64,000 bases of DNA from Macrostomum lignano. Taxonomy: Eukaryota. The notes under the pieces are model-generated. The model did not search any database and was not told the DNA's origin. It saw nothing but the letters and a program-made list of their open reading frames with translations. The stretch lies in the NCBI GenBank assembly GCA_002269645.1, contig NIVC01001206.1:271704-335703 (forward strand), in the 5' to 3' direction. The first letter of the stretch is position 1, and every line of letters begins with the position of its first letter. The position numbers and the translations under genes were made by a program. Shown piece after piece: positions 12,559-30,380 of this stretch.

Positions 12559-12914
12559 GGGGCCGTAGCCCAGCGGTAGCGCAGCTGCTCTGGTGTGCCA
12601 GCGACCCAGGCTCGATTCCAAGTGCAGTCACATTAATTTGGGGCTGAATTGGAATCTCGGCTTGGCTCTTCTCGTGCAATTAACGGCCTTGAGAGTCAAC
12701 CCCCAAGGCGCAGTGAAGTGTACATGCCTAACGATAAAATAAAGTTAGGGCCGCTGTACACTCCTGTGTGAGTGTGTGCCTGCGTACGTATCCGCGCGCT
12801 TGTATGCCTGCTCAGGGGAGTCGGCGGAATGGGCAGCAATGCCTCTCACCGGTTGTGTGCCTATGTCGTTTAAAGTGCGCCAGGGTGCACACAACCCCAT
12901 GCCTGTAATAAAAA
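12559..12914 (+). mobile_element. tRNA-derived SINE, copy B
   Basis: GGGGCCGTAGCCCAGCGG...GGCTCGATTCC head, 3' stem GGTTGTGTGC...GCACACAACC, tail TAATAAAAA. Flanking TTTTACC repeats (12552-12558 and 12918-12924). Confidence 0.92.
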
Positions 12915-13180
12915 TTTTTTTACCCAAGACTTAAGGGTCTTATTTTGTTAGTAAGTGTCGTTCATTTAAAAAGAATTAACTGTTGTCTCGGATCAAATGC
13001 TCGATATTCGTAGTTTGTAATTAAATAAATTCGCTGGATTTATACAATAACCCAATTGCAGGAGTACCGTTGGGCATCCGATAGAACTGCTGATTTTTAC
13101 CCCGGACACGTAAGTTTAAACCAGACGTAGCTAATGAGATGAATTTTACTAGCAAACTTGAAATCTGTGGACTATAATAA

Positions 13181-18817
<5,637 letters not shown>

Positions 18818-19234
18818 TAATACTATAAGTTGACCGAAATATTCTTCCCGTCATAATTTAGACCTGAAGCACAGGAAGGCGAAGAAGACACAGATCAACA
18901 ACAGGAAGAACTCGAAATATCTGCAAGCGAAATTTTCAATGATGCAGCGTAAGCAATGTTACATTTTTATCAGTTTGATAGAAGAAAGGACATACTAAGA
19001 AACAGTGCACCATTTAAGAACTTTAAATACAATTGTGAAATTTTTGCCGGCTATTAAAGCAGTTATTTTATGGTTCATAATTCCCTAAAACTAATTATAA
19101 GGCAATGTCTGATCAACGTAACTAAAAAACCACACAGATCGCAACGCAGCAGATCAACATACAGATCTACCATGCATGCCGTGCGTCACGCTCCGATCCT
19201 CGTCTCCGATGGGTTAGTACACATTGCCATACTT

Positions 19235-19459
19235 CAGGGGTCGGCAATTACTGCGGAAAAACTCCCACATACGGCCCGCGAAGCCTCTCTATCCGGCCCT
19301 CGGGTTCTTTGAAACTTCACAACGGCAATGCGGCCCGGCCCGCTCAAGGCTTGTCTCTTCTCAGCTGTCTTTTCTTCTTTCTCTCCTCTCCTCTCTCTGG
19401 CTCGCAGTCATACGCTAGATTGTAAAGCTGGCCCGAAGTTTAAAGTTTGTCGAGCCCTG
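19235..19459. mobile_element. hAT (Charlie-like) MITE, 225 bp
   Basis: Left TIR CAGGGGTCGGCAA; right TIR reverse-complements to CAGGGCTCGACAA (11/13). 8-bp TSD CCATACTT / CCATGCTT (7/8). Internal CGGCCCG subterminal motifs. Confidence 0.85.
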
Positions 19460-20657
19460 CCATGCTTCCAACAGTGTATAAGCAGAAACTTTATTTGGAA
19501 TTACGGGCGCCCGTAACTCTTAGGGGCGCCAATATTTGACGGGCGCCCGTCTCTTGGTCGGTTATAGAGATTTATTATTAGAACTGGATTTTGAATTCAT
19601 GAATGCATTTATATGCTCGATTTCTTTGCAGAAATTTTATGCAAGAACCAGAACACGCGAACCAAGCAGGATCGCTGATATCCAGTCATCATCCCGTGTC
19701 TGTAGCTGAAAGGTTTGTCATCATTTGTAACTTCTTTTTCAATAAGATTGGGCTTTTATTTTCTTGCCACAAGTCTGGAACCCAGGTAAAATGTGGGCCG
19801 GGGCTGTACCAAAGCTTCTATTTTAAATGAGCAGACACACATGTAGCCCAAACTTAGACTTCAATACAGCAGTTTAACCTAGGATTTGGCTGCGAACCAT
19901 GAATTGGTTCAATCCCAAGAAAGCACTCCTGCTACAGAAATTACTAAAACTATGCATAGACTGGCTCGTGTGCAAACTATGGCTATTTTATAATTATCAA
20001 CAGGGCCTCGACTGTGGCGTCGGCAAACCTAAGCGACACAAGGCACGATTCGCAGTCGATCGCATCCTAAAGGTAAGATTATTATCCCTAATGAATACAA
20101 AGTCAAACTCTTACGTTAGTATGAAAATGTAGACTTACACTCGCATGCTTTTTTCACCATTTTTCAGGACACAACCACAAATGATCAGCTGACTGATGAA
20201 GAATAAACATTTGGAAATGCTTTGACTAAACTTTTCAAGCAGGAAATTGTCAAAATTAACTATAGAAGTGTTGTTTGATCGTTATTTATATCCCAAATGA
20301 ACTTACTCGAAAGAAACTTTTTGTAGTTGGGTAAATTTCTACAGATTTTAGTAGGACCTGACAAACTAATTAATTATTAATAATTATATGGAATAACGCA
20401 AGAATGTTAAACAGATTAAATTATTAGTAGACCAAACTATTTCGAAATTTCTAAGCAAAATTGAGACCCACTAAATTTTTACTACGAAAAAACCGAAGAT
20501 TCCTCGATAAAGATAAACTTTACTGTAGAATTCGGTAGTATACAGACTTTAAAAGATATAGAAATACTTGCAAGTTGTACCCTACCCTTTCTCTCTATAT
20601 AGGACAACTCTACAGTCTCCATTTTTATACTTCATTAGTTAATACATTATTTACATT

Positions 20658-21017
20658 TTTTTTATTAGAGGCAGGGGGGTTGTGTGCACCCTGGCGCACT
20701 TTAAGCGACATTGGCACACAACCGGCGAGAGGCATTACTGCCCATTCCGCCGACTCCCCTGAGCAGGCATACAAGCGCGCGGATACGTACGCAGGCACAC
20801 ACTCACACAGGAGTGTACAGCGGCCCTAACTTTATATTATCGTTAGGCATGTACACTTCACTGCGCCTTGGGGGGTTGACTCTCAAGGCCGTTAATTGCA
20901 CGAGCAGAGCCAAGCCGAGATTCCAATTCAGCCCCAAATTAATGTGACTGCACTTGGAATCGAGCCTGGGTCGCTGGCACACCAGAGCAGCTGCGCTACC
21001 GCTGGGCTACGGCCAAC
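20658..21017 (-). mobile_element. tRNA-derived SINE, copy C
   Basis: Same sequence as copies A and B. 13-bp TSD CATTATTTACATT at 20645-20657 and 21018-21030. Confidence 0.92.
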
Positions 21018-22037
21018 CATTATTTACATTATTAAATTAGTTACATTAATTAATACATTATTACAATATTTATACCAAATCTATAATGGTGGTTGTTGTT
21101 GTGTGTCTATGTAAGCTTTTTACACTAAACTATTTAATGCACCAATAACACATTATATATTTAATCACGTTTTACACAACACTATATCAAAGCTGATTTT
21201 CTCAATAATACGGATATAAAATGCTGATGTTTTCTTAACCGTCATAATTTGTCTTTTTGCACCGTTTTATCATTTTTTAATAAGGAATCATTATACCTTT
21301 TTATTACCTACCAACACCATTCATACGGCCCATTATTCGTTTCCCGCTTAGTTGGCCTACAAAAACGATAAATTTTCTGTCTATGACATGACAACTCTAC
21401 TCTCCGTATGTGAATTCTCTACGTTTATAATTCATACGTTGTAGTGCACTATTATGATATTAATATCAAATATATAATATGGTTGTTGTTTTGTGTGCTT
21501 TTCCACTAAACTATTTAATCTATTAATATAACACATTTACATCCTATATTTACCTTAATATACTCAATCACGTTTTAACAACAAATATACAAAACGACAT
21601 GTATTCAAAACTGATTTATTGTTTGATAATAGCAAAATTAGGGATTTTTTCTACTGTTAAACTGTTTTTTTCTTTTTCTTCTTCTATTTCGACCTTGGCT
21701 TTCAATTTGGCAGAATGCCGAAATTTCGGCAGGATGGAGAATGGCTGACGAAGGACCTCGTCATATAGAGAACCACGGCCGAGACGATGATACACAAATT
21801 GGGCACTAAAGACCGTGTTGCGTGGAGGCAACGAGGAGCCGCTGGAGCCAAATTTTACACCAGCAATGTTGATTGTTGAAGAGGAGAGGGACATGAAGGA
21901 GTGAAGAAGAAGATGGAAGACGAAATTCCAGGTGCACCTGGCGTGTCGGTGCATCACAGATCCTAGAATAAGTAGATGGGCCACTCAGGCATAAATGGAA
22001 GGGCCACTCAGGCACGTACTTTGTAAAAAAATTTTAA

Positions 22038-22375
22038 ACTTTCAGTTCAGTAGCAACGAAGAATACATAAGCTATTTTTATTAAAAGGCAGCTGAAATGA
22101 CTTTGATAAGTTTAGAATCCCAAGCTTGCAGGCGTAAACAACTTGCTAATTGGTTCAGCAATATAAGTACGTATGTACATTAGCCAGTCCACTGAAATGT
22201 ACATGGCAGCTTTAAGCTGGAATTCCAAGAAAGGCAATTAAAATTGGTGCAAGGCGGGGGTAGTTTCGAAAGGCTCGATTGGGGGTTTAAGCTGGTGGGT
22301 AAGAGCCAATAAATGAGCCTTGGCTTTAAAAAAGCATTAAAATGCTTCTGTTTAACTTACTACTGAACTGAAAGT
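22038..22375. mobile_element. Probable MITE with a perfect 16-bp terminal inverted repeat
   Basis: ACTTTCAGTTCAGTAG (22038-22053) and CTACTGAACTGAAAGT (22360-22375); no clean TSD. Confidence 0.6.
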
Positions 22376-23088
22376 AGCTTACACGCAAATGTGCGGAGTG
22401 GCCCATCCAGTTATTCTAGCATCCGTGATGCAGACAGACAAGCAGCCGTCACCTCCATAGTTGACCATATTAGAAAAATACCAAAATTCAAGTCACTTAA
22501 ATTTGCCAAAAGTCTTAGATTTAAAAAAAAGTTATACACTTATGGCGTTATTCCATTTTGAAGGAAAAGTTTAGAGAAAACCGATATGCATTTATTTATT
22601 TAGTCAGCACACCAAATCATGCGCAAACCAATAAATGGATAGCCTAAAGCCCAGCATGATTAAGTCAAAAAGTCAAATTTATTATTAGTAATATATATTA
22701 CTGGAGATAGGGGCGTACCCCTACACGCAGTGGCTAACAGTTGGATTCACTGGAAGCCGAGAATTGCAATACATCAACTAAAACACTGAAAGTGGTGAGA
22801 TGATCAAGGCCAGCAAGAGTCAGTGCCAGGTGCCAAACAGTCTACAACATGCGCAATTGAATTATGAGTAAAAGACTGAATCTGAAATTGCTGATTGAAA
22901 AAAGACGCGGAATACAATAGTCAAAGCGAAACCATCAAGATACAGAATACTATGAAATACCACGATACTATGAATTATCTTGGCAGACAGGCAGAAATTA
23001 ATTTTTCGTTAGGCATTAATAAAGATGAGAAAAAATGGGAGAAAATGCACTAAAACCGAGAGACGAATTAATGAGCTAGCTTAGTTAA

Positions 23089-26000
23089 TCAGTTGTTATC
23101 ATCGTCTGAGCTGTCCAGACTGATAACTATTGGCTCTGAGGGTCTTGGGGCAGCAGGGGCAGGCGGAGGAGGTTGGGGCTGCTGCGGCTCCTGAGCATTC
23201 GAAGGCGAGGCCACAGCGTTCGCTGCAGCCGCCGGCGTTGCCGCCGCTGCCACCGCCGCCCCATCGCCGTCCGTCAACTCATCGTCGCTCTCCGTCAGAT
23301 CAAAATGATTGACAGTGGCGGCTGCCGCCCTTCCATTCTGAGTCTCCGATCCAGCAGCAGCCGTGGCAGATGCCGAAGCAGCTGACGGATCCGACGCAGT
23401 CGACTTGGCCGCGGCGCCGCTGTCGGCCGCTGGATGGTCAGCCGAGTCGCGATCGACGGCTGCCGACCAGCTGCCGTCTGGCAGGAACTGCAGCCGCTCC
23501 AGCTCGGAGCTGGTCGGGCTGGACAGAACCTCCTGGCGAGCGAGTTGGGAATGCGTGCAGAATTATCTGACTTCAACTCGCTTTCAATCGTTTCTTCTGA
23601 TACTCTAATGCCATCTGGGAGATGCTTGCCATCTGGGAGATGCTTGCCATCTGGGGGATGCTTGCCATCTGGGGGATGCTTGCTAGGTGGGAGAAGCTTG
23701 CTATCTGGGAGATGCTTGCCATCTGGGGGATGCTTGCCATCTGGGGGATGCTTGCTAGGTGGGAGAAGCTTGCTATCTGGGAGATGCTTGCCATCTGGGG
23801 GATGCTTGCCATCTGGGGGATGCTTGCTAGGTGGGGGAAGCTTGCTAGGTGGGGGAAGCTTGCTATCTGGGGGATGATTGCTAGGTGGGAGAAGCTTGCT
23901 ATCTGGGAGATGCTTGCCATCTGGGGGATGCTTGCCATCTGGGGGATGCTTGCTAGGTGGGGGAAGCTTGCTAGGTGGGGGAAGCTTGCTATCTGGGGGA
24001 TGCTTGCTATCTGGGAGATGCTTGCCATCTGGGGGATGCTTGCCAGGTGGGAGAAGCTTGCTATCTGGGAGATGCTTGCCATCTGGGGGATGCTTGCCAT
24101 CTGGGGGATGCTTGCTAGGTGGGGGAAGCTTGCTATCTGGGAGATGCTTGCCATCTGGGGGATGCTTGCCATCTGGGGGATGCTTGCTAGGTGGGAGAAG
24201 CTTGCTATCTGGGAGATGCTTGCCATCTGGGGGATGCTTGCCATCTGGGGGATGCTTGCTAGGTGGGGGAAGCTTGCTATCTGGGAGATGCTTGCCATCT
24301 GGGGGATGCTTGCCATCTGGGGGATGCTTGCCATCTGGGGGATGCTTGCCATCTGGGGGATGCTTGCTAGGTGGGAGAAGCTTGCTATCTGGGAGATGCT
24401 TGCCATCTGGGGGATGCTTGCCATCTGGGGGATGCTTGCTAGGTGGGGGAAGCTTGCTATCTGGGAGATGCTTGCCATCTGGGGGATGCTTGCTAGGTGG
24501 GGGATGCTTGCTAGGTGGGGGAAGCTTGCCATCTTGGGGATGCTTGCTATCTGGGGGATGCTTGCCATCTGGGGGATGCTTGCTAGGTGGGGGAAGCTTG
24601 CCATCTGGGGGATGCTTGCTATCTGGGGGATGCTTGCCATCTGGGGGATGCTTGCTATTTGGGGATCAATGCTTGAATGCTGTCTGGGGATGCTTGCTGT
24701 CTTGGGATGTTTTGTTTTTAGAGGGAATGTCTTGTTTTTTATGAAGGCTTTATTTCGCTGTCTATTTGTTATTTGTAAAGAACAAAGATTCTATCCAGAT
24801 GCGCCCCATCGGGGGGCGAAGATTGCTTGTCTGATACTCTAATTGAGACTAAATTGGATTCATAGATTGAGTCTTCATCGGATGACAAAGACCTCATTCG
24901 TCTACGTCTGCCAACTGATTTTTTTATTGTAGATTCCGTACCTTCAGCCTTCTTGTCAATGACGACTCGGACTTGAATTTATAGGACTACAGAAAGGAGC
25001 GATTACCTAGTTACATAGACCAAGAAGCCTCATTGCAGTCAGTGCAGGTAACACAGGTAAAATAAGATAGAAGTGACTCTTAGACGACTCTAAAACAACC
25101 AGATGTCAAGGCACAAGTCGCCAAAAGTCGATCGCATAAGAGTCAATTCGACTCTGAAACGACTCTGAGGCGTTCTTTCTGAATATAGCTGTCGCTCTAG
25201 TCGTTAAAAAGCAACAAGAGTCGCCTCAGGGTCGCTAGTGAGTTATTTGAAATGACTCTTTTATCGATTCTTGTCACGGTAACAAGTTCAACGGGGTGCC
25301 TTCAACTCTTTTCAGTGCTGTTCGTGTCTACTGAGAAACTCTTGAACTTTCTATCCAAAGTGTTGCAACTATCGCTGATATAACTTACCTGAAAATAGGC
25401 ATCAATATAGAGCTGGCCATAGGGCGACGGCTGGTCGCAGAACGGGCACTTCCACACGGGCTTCTTGGCATTCATAGCCAAGTAGGAGTAGGCATCGAAG
25501 CACTGCACATGAGAGCAGGCCTCCGATCGCATTGGCGTGCTCATGCGCATCTTGCCCAGCGGGCACTTCAACGAAGCCACCAGCTCAGTGACGGCCAGCT
25601 CGCAGTCGGACGGGCTCAGCTTTTCACGGATCATTGTTCGAGTGAAATCGGCCGCGCGAATGCCGCGATCCCGAATCCGATCGATCAGGTCAACCGGGGT
25701 CAGGGCGCGGACCAGACAGATCTTACGGGGTTTTATTGTTTTGTATATGAAATATGAATGTAATAACTATTATACAATAAAATAATGATAATAATTGATG
25801 ACACCGCCCAAATTGGACCAGATGTGCAACCAACAACTCAGCCGCAGCTATTGGGCGGCGCATCTAAAGGGTGCGTACGGCTGTTCAGTCCAAGGACTGG
25901 GGGGGTCGCCACACGCACCCTCAATTAACCTCAGCTAATGCTGGCACCCATCTTACAGCTGGGTGAACTAAAGCATTGCAGAGTTAAGTGTCTTGCTGAA

Positions 26001-29000
26001 GGACACAAAATTGTTCCGAGTGGGATCGGGAATCGAACCCCCGACCTTCAAGTCGTGGGTCCGACGCTCTAAACACTAGGCTACAACCCCCGATAAAAGC
26101 AACATCAAAAAGAAAATGGCCGGGTGAGGGGTCACTGCTCTCCTACAGACATTTGATGAGATTATACTATATATCTTAACTGCAATAGGGAAGCCTTCCA
26201 AGACAGGTCAATGGGAGGAGGGTCGTTGGCCCATCCCCACGACAAAACGATAGTTGCCTAGTGGGAACAAAAATGATTTCGCGTCAAAGATCCTGGGTTC
26301 GATTCCGCACACGCTCACAATAATTAGAGTTTGTAAATGCTAATTAGTCTATTATTCAGTAGGCAAGGCGGGTGGGCTATTTAGCTGCGTACTAACCACA
26401 GCCAACTGTGCTTAACTTGCAGCGCTAATGTCGAATGTGGATGGTGACTACGGACTATGACTAGCAAGAGTTTTATCGAAAGATTTGAAATTCGAAATAA
26501 TGACTCACCTGTACACAGTAACTAGCAGTAGAATCGTAATTATATCCCATCTGGAGTAGATTTGGCGTCTTAGGACTCAGCCGGCAGAGCGGTGTTAAAT
26601 TAATTGGCCGGCCGGGCCGCTGCGGCTCAGCGTTGGGCTTGTTGGTGGGGATGACGGCAGGCAGGGTGACCGGCTGCTTGTTCACTCGGCAGGAGACGCC
26701 AGTTGGGAACACGTCCGACTGGGGACCGGGCTGGATCTTCAGGCAGCGCAACTGCACCTGCGGTATTGATTTTGTTCTATGGTAAATTACGATTATTAAT
26801 GATGTTCAGTCATACAGATGAGTCACCCGAGGCCAAAACAATCAGACTATCATGTTGGTAATTCAGCCCTGTCAGTTAAACTCTTACCAATTCATGTTGG
26901 TAATTCAGCCCTGTCAATTCAACTCTTACCAATTCATGTTGGTAATTCAGCCCTGTCAGTTAAACTCTTACCAATTCATGTTGGTAATTCAGCCCTGTCA
27001 GTTAAACTCTTACCAATTCATGTTGGTAATTCAGCCCTGTCAATTCATATCTCACCAATTCATGTTGGTAATTCAGCCCTGTCAATTCATCTCTTACCAA
27101 TTCATGTTGGTAATTCAGCCCTGTCAATTCAACTCTTACCAATTCATGTTGGTAATTCAGCCCTGTCAGTTAAACTCTTACCAATACATGTTGGTAATTC
27201 AGCCCTGTCAATTCAACTCTTACCAATACATGTTGGTAATTCAGCCCTGTCAATTCAACTCTTACCAATTCATGTTGGTAATTCAGCCCTGTCAATTCAA
27301 CTCTTACCAATTCATGTTGGTAATTCAGCCCTGTCAGTTAAACTCTTACCAATTCATGTTGGTAATTCAGCCCTGTCAGTTAAACTCTTACCAATTCATG
27401 TTGGTAATTCAGCCCTGTCAATTCAACTCTTACCAATTCATGTTGGTAACTCAGCCCTGTCAATTCAACTCTTACCAATACATGTTGGTAATTCAGCCCT
27501 GTCAATTCAACTCTTACCAATTCATGTTGGTAATTCAGCCCTGTCAGTTAAACTCTGACCAATTCATGTTGGTAATTCAGCCCTGTCAATTCAACTCTTA
27601 CCAATTCATGTTGGTAATTCAGCCCTGTCAGTTAAACTCTTACCAATTCATGTTGGTAACTCAGCCCTGTCAATTCAACTCTTACCAATTCATGTTGGTA
27701 ATTCAGCCCTGTCAATTCAACTCTTACCAATTCATGTTGGTAATTCAGCCCTGTCAATTAAACTCTTACCAATTCATGTTGGTAACTCAGCCCTGTCAAT
27801 TCATCTCTTACCAATACATGTTGGTAATTCAGCCCTGTCAGTTAAACTCTTACCAATACATGTTGGTAATTCAGCCCTGTCAGTTAAACTCTTACCAATA
27901 CATGTTGGTAATTCAGCCCTGTCAGTTAAACTCTTACCAATACATGTTGGTAACTCAGCCCTGTCAATTCAACTCTTACCAATTCATGTTGGTAATTCAG
28001 CCCTGTCAATTAAACTCTTACCAATACATGTTGGTAATTCAGCCCTGTCAGTTAAACTCTTACCAATACATGTTGGTAATTCAGCCCTGTCAATTCATAT
28101 CTCACCAATTCATGTTGGTAATTCAGCCCTGTCAATTCAATTCTTACCAATTCATGTTGGTAATTCAGCCCTGTCAGTTAAACTCTTACCAATTCATGTT
28201 GGTAATTCAGCCCTGTCAGTTAAACTCTTACCAATACATGTTGGTAATTCAGCCCTGTCAGTTAAACTCTTACCAATACATGTTGGTAACTCAGCCCTGT
28301 CAATTCAACTCTTACCAATTCATGTTGGTAATTCAGCCCTGTCAGTTAAACTCTTACCAATTCATGTTGGTAATTCAGCCCTGTCAGTTAAACTCTTACC
28401 AATACATGTTGGTAATTCAGCCCTGTCAGTTAAACTCTTACCAATACATGTTGGTAATTCAGCCCTGTCAGTTAAACTCTTACCAATACATGTTGGTAAT
28501 TCAGCCCTGTCAATTCAACTCTCACCAATTCATGTTGGTAATTCAGCCCTGTCAGTTAAACTCTTACCAATACATGTTGGTAATTCAGCCCTGTCAATTC
28601 ATCTCTTACCAATTCATGTTGGTAATTCAGCCCTGTCAATTCATCTCTCACCAATTCATGATGGTAATCTGGGTGAATACAGCTGGGTGAACTGAAGCAA
28701 TGCAGAGTTGTGTCTTGCTTAAGAACACAAATTGTTCCGAGTGAGTCAAGAATCGAACCCCTGACCTTCAAGTCGTGAGTTCGACGCTCTGACCACTAGG
28801 CTACAAACTAGGCTTTCAACTCTTACCAATTCATCTTATTAACATTCTTAATGAGCATTAACGCAACTTACCTGCACTGGATACTCAATTCGATTAGTGC
28901 TGTCATTTATATACCGATTCATAGTGACCTGGTTGACCTGTTGCAGAGTTAAGTAGAATACGCAGTGCTGCTCTTGGGCTCGCTGGGTTAAGTTGGTTAT

Positions 29001-29611
29001 CTGGGGGTATATTTGTATAGGGAGGGGTGCACTTTATTATTTAAAACCTAAAATTTCGAAATGCCTATGCTTTTAATAGAAAGCCTAGAAGGATTAGGTG
29101 TAAAACTATCCTCTCTCCTCTTTTCTTCTCTCCTTTCCCCCCTCCCCTATCTCTCTCCTCTCTGCCCCCCTCTGACCTGCAGCTAGGTTCTCTGTCTGGT
29201 CCTTGAAGTAAAAAGTTACTCAACTGAGCTATGAACAAACTTACAGTAGAAGTAAAAGAATATTGCAAGTATATAACTAATTGTTTAGCCTGCCTAAATA
29301 GAGCCTAAAAGCTTGTCCCCAGCATGCTAAATTAAAGAAAAATATCTGCAGTACGCCCCAATCTTTACCTGCAGACTGGTTGGCGGCATTATTGCCTCCA
29401 AGACGTCGTAGAATGGCATCAAATTGGCATCGGCGTTGTCGGCCTGCACTGGTGGATGATGCGGCAGGTTGCTGGGCGCCGGCGGCAGCGGCAGGCCGTT
29501 GGCGGTCAGCTGGCCCAACATGGCGGCGGCTGGCGGCCGCTGCTGGACTGGAGCGGCAACTACAGAGGATTCGGGGTTGGGTGTGATTGCCAGGTATGAG
29601 ATTAATTCAGC
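23089..29611 (-). CDS. PIAS: PIAS-family SUMO E3 ligase; coding exons 29611-29369, 29000-28872, 26757-26509, 25721-25389, 23532-23089; 5' (SAP) exon(s) not located
   Basis: Spliced in frame through phase-0 GT-AG introns: ...PFYDVLEAIMPPTSLQ | ITNLTQRAQEQHCVFYLTLQQV...YPVQ | VQLRCL...GRPINLTPLCRLSP...YCVQ | ICLVRALT...SLKCPLGKMRMSTPMRSEACSHVQCFDAYSYLAMNAKKPVWKCPFCDQ...YIDAYFQ | EVLSSPTSSELERLQFLPDGSW...VNHFDLTESDDE...IVISLDSSDDDNN*. PINIT, SP-RING and SIM motifs are recognisable. Confidence 0.92.
23603..24720. repeat. 18-bp G-rich tandem minisatellite in the last PIAS intron (~60 copies)
   Basis: ATGCTTGCCATCTGGGGG alternating with variants such as ATGCTTGCTAGGTGGGAG and AAGCTTGCTATCTGGGAG. 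Confidence 0.95.
25775..26091 (-). mobile_element. tRNA-derived CORE-type SINE
   Basis: Minus strand: GTAGCCTAGTG (A box), GGTTCGATTCCC (B box), TGTGTCCTTCAGCAAGACACTTAAC (CORE-like), GTTCACCCAGCTGTAAGATGGGT, then an (ATT)n-like tail. Confidence 0.8.
26249..26318 (+). other. tRNA-like head fragment (A/B boxes), probably a SINE remnant or pseudo-tRNA
   Basis: TTGCCTAGTGG ... GGGTTCGATTCC with tRNA-like spacing; no convincing full cloverleaf. Confidence 0.35.
26845..28660. repeat. 42-bp tandem minisatellite in a PIAS intron (~43 copies)
   Basis: CATGTTGGTAATTCAGCCCTGTCAGTTAAACTCTTACCAATT and a CAATTCAACTC variant. Confidence 0.97.
28672..28808 (-). mobile_element. 3'-truncated copy of the CORE-type SINE
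   Basis: Matches 25957-26088 (CAGCTGGGTGAACT...GAATCGAACCC...CTAGGCTACAA). A relic of the 42-bp unit (CTCTTACCAATTCAT) resumes at ~28820. Confidence 0.78.
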
Positions 29612-29654
29612 CTGGGATGTCCGGAGTAGGTAAAGGCTGCTTAGTTCCATACAG

Positions 29655-30255
29655 GAACAGGTGAGGAAGGGGTATTCTATTCAGTAAAAGGACAAGAACA
29701 GGTGTGGAAGGGGTATTCTATTCAGTAAAAGGACAAGAACAGGTGTGGAAGGGGTATTCTATTCAGTAAAAGGACAAGAACAGGTTTAGAAGGGGTACTT
29801 TTATTCAGTAAAAGGAAAGGAACAGGTGTGGAAGGGGTATTCTATTCAGTAAAAGGACAAGAACAGGTGTGGAAGGGGTATTTTATTCAGTAAAAGGACA
29901 AGAACAGGTGTGGAAGGGGTATTCTATTCAGTAAAAGGACAAGAACAGGTGTGGAAGGGGTATTCTACTCAGTAAAAGGACAAGAACAGGTGTGGAAGGG
30001 GTATTCTACTCAGTAAAAGGACAAGAACAGGTGTGGAAGGGGGTATTTTATTCAGTAAAAGGACAAGAACAGGTGTGGAAGGGGGTATTTTATTCAGTAA
30101 AAGGACAAGAACAGGTGTGGAAGGGGTATTCTACTCAGTAAAATGACAAGAACAGGTGTGGAAGGGGTATTCTACTCAGTAAAAGGACAAGAACAGGTGT
30201 GGAAGGGGGTATTTTATTCAGTAAAAGGACAAGAACAGGTGTGGAAGGGGTATTT
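29655..30255. repeat. 41-bp tandem minisatellite in a PIAS intron (~14 copies)
   Basis: AGAACAGGTGTGGAAGGGGTATTCTATTCAGTAAAAGGACA. Confidence 0.95.
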
Positions 30256-30380
30256 AATCAAAGGATAGACAGGTAGAATGCTAAATTTGCTGCAGCATAC
30301 TAATGAATAGATGGCAAGTGGTTGTTAATTAGAATCAGAATAGTATTTGACATTAAAAGCAAACAACAAAGCTAGCTTAC

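Noticed and set aside
5679-12914. Ankyrin gene as cargo of a composite transposon bounded by inverted SINEs
   Set aside because: Each SINE has its own TSD, showing independent insertions, and no TSD is shared around the whole block.
21080-21590. Imperfect ~390-bp-spaced direct duplication in AT-rich DNA
   Set aside because: Ordinary decayed local duplication with no further structure.
21616-22015. 122-aa and 69-aa overlapping ORFs in a moderately GC-rich island
   Set aside because: Could be a small exon or TE remnant, but I recognise no domain in any of six frames.
23573-24842. 355/406/288-aa repetitive ORFs (ASIPQM, MLAIWG, LPSGGC repeats)
   Set aside because: All derive from an 18-bp intronic minisatellite that is open in several frames at once.
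25037-25290. GACTC/GAGTC-rich segment with a 12-bp imperfect inverted repeat
   Set aside because: No terminal inverted repeats or TSD could be defined.
26852-28690. 612-aa ORF (MLVIQPCQLNSYQF)n and 246-aa overlapping ORF
   Set aside because: By-product of a 42-bp (multiple of 3) stop-free tandem unit lying antisense inside a PIAS intron; no unique coding flanks.
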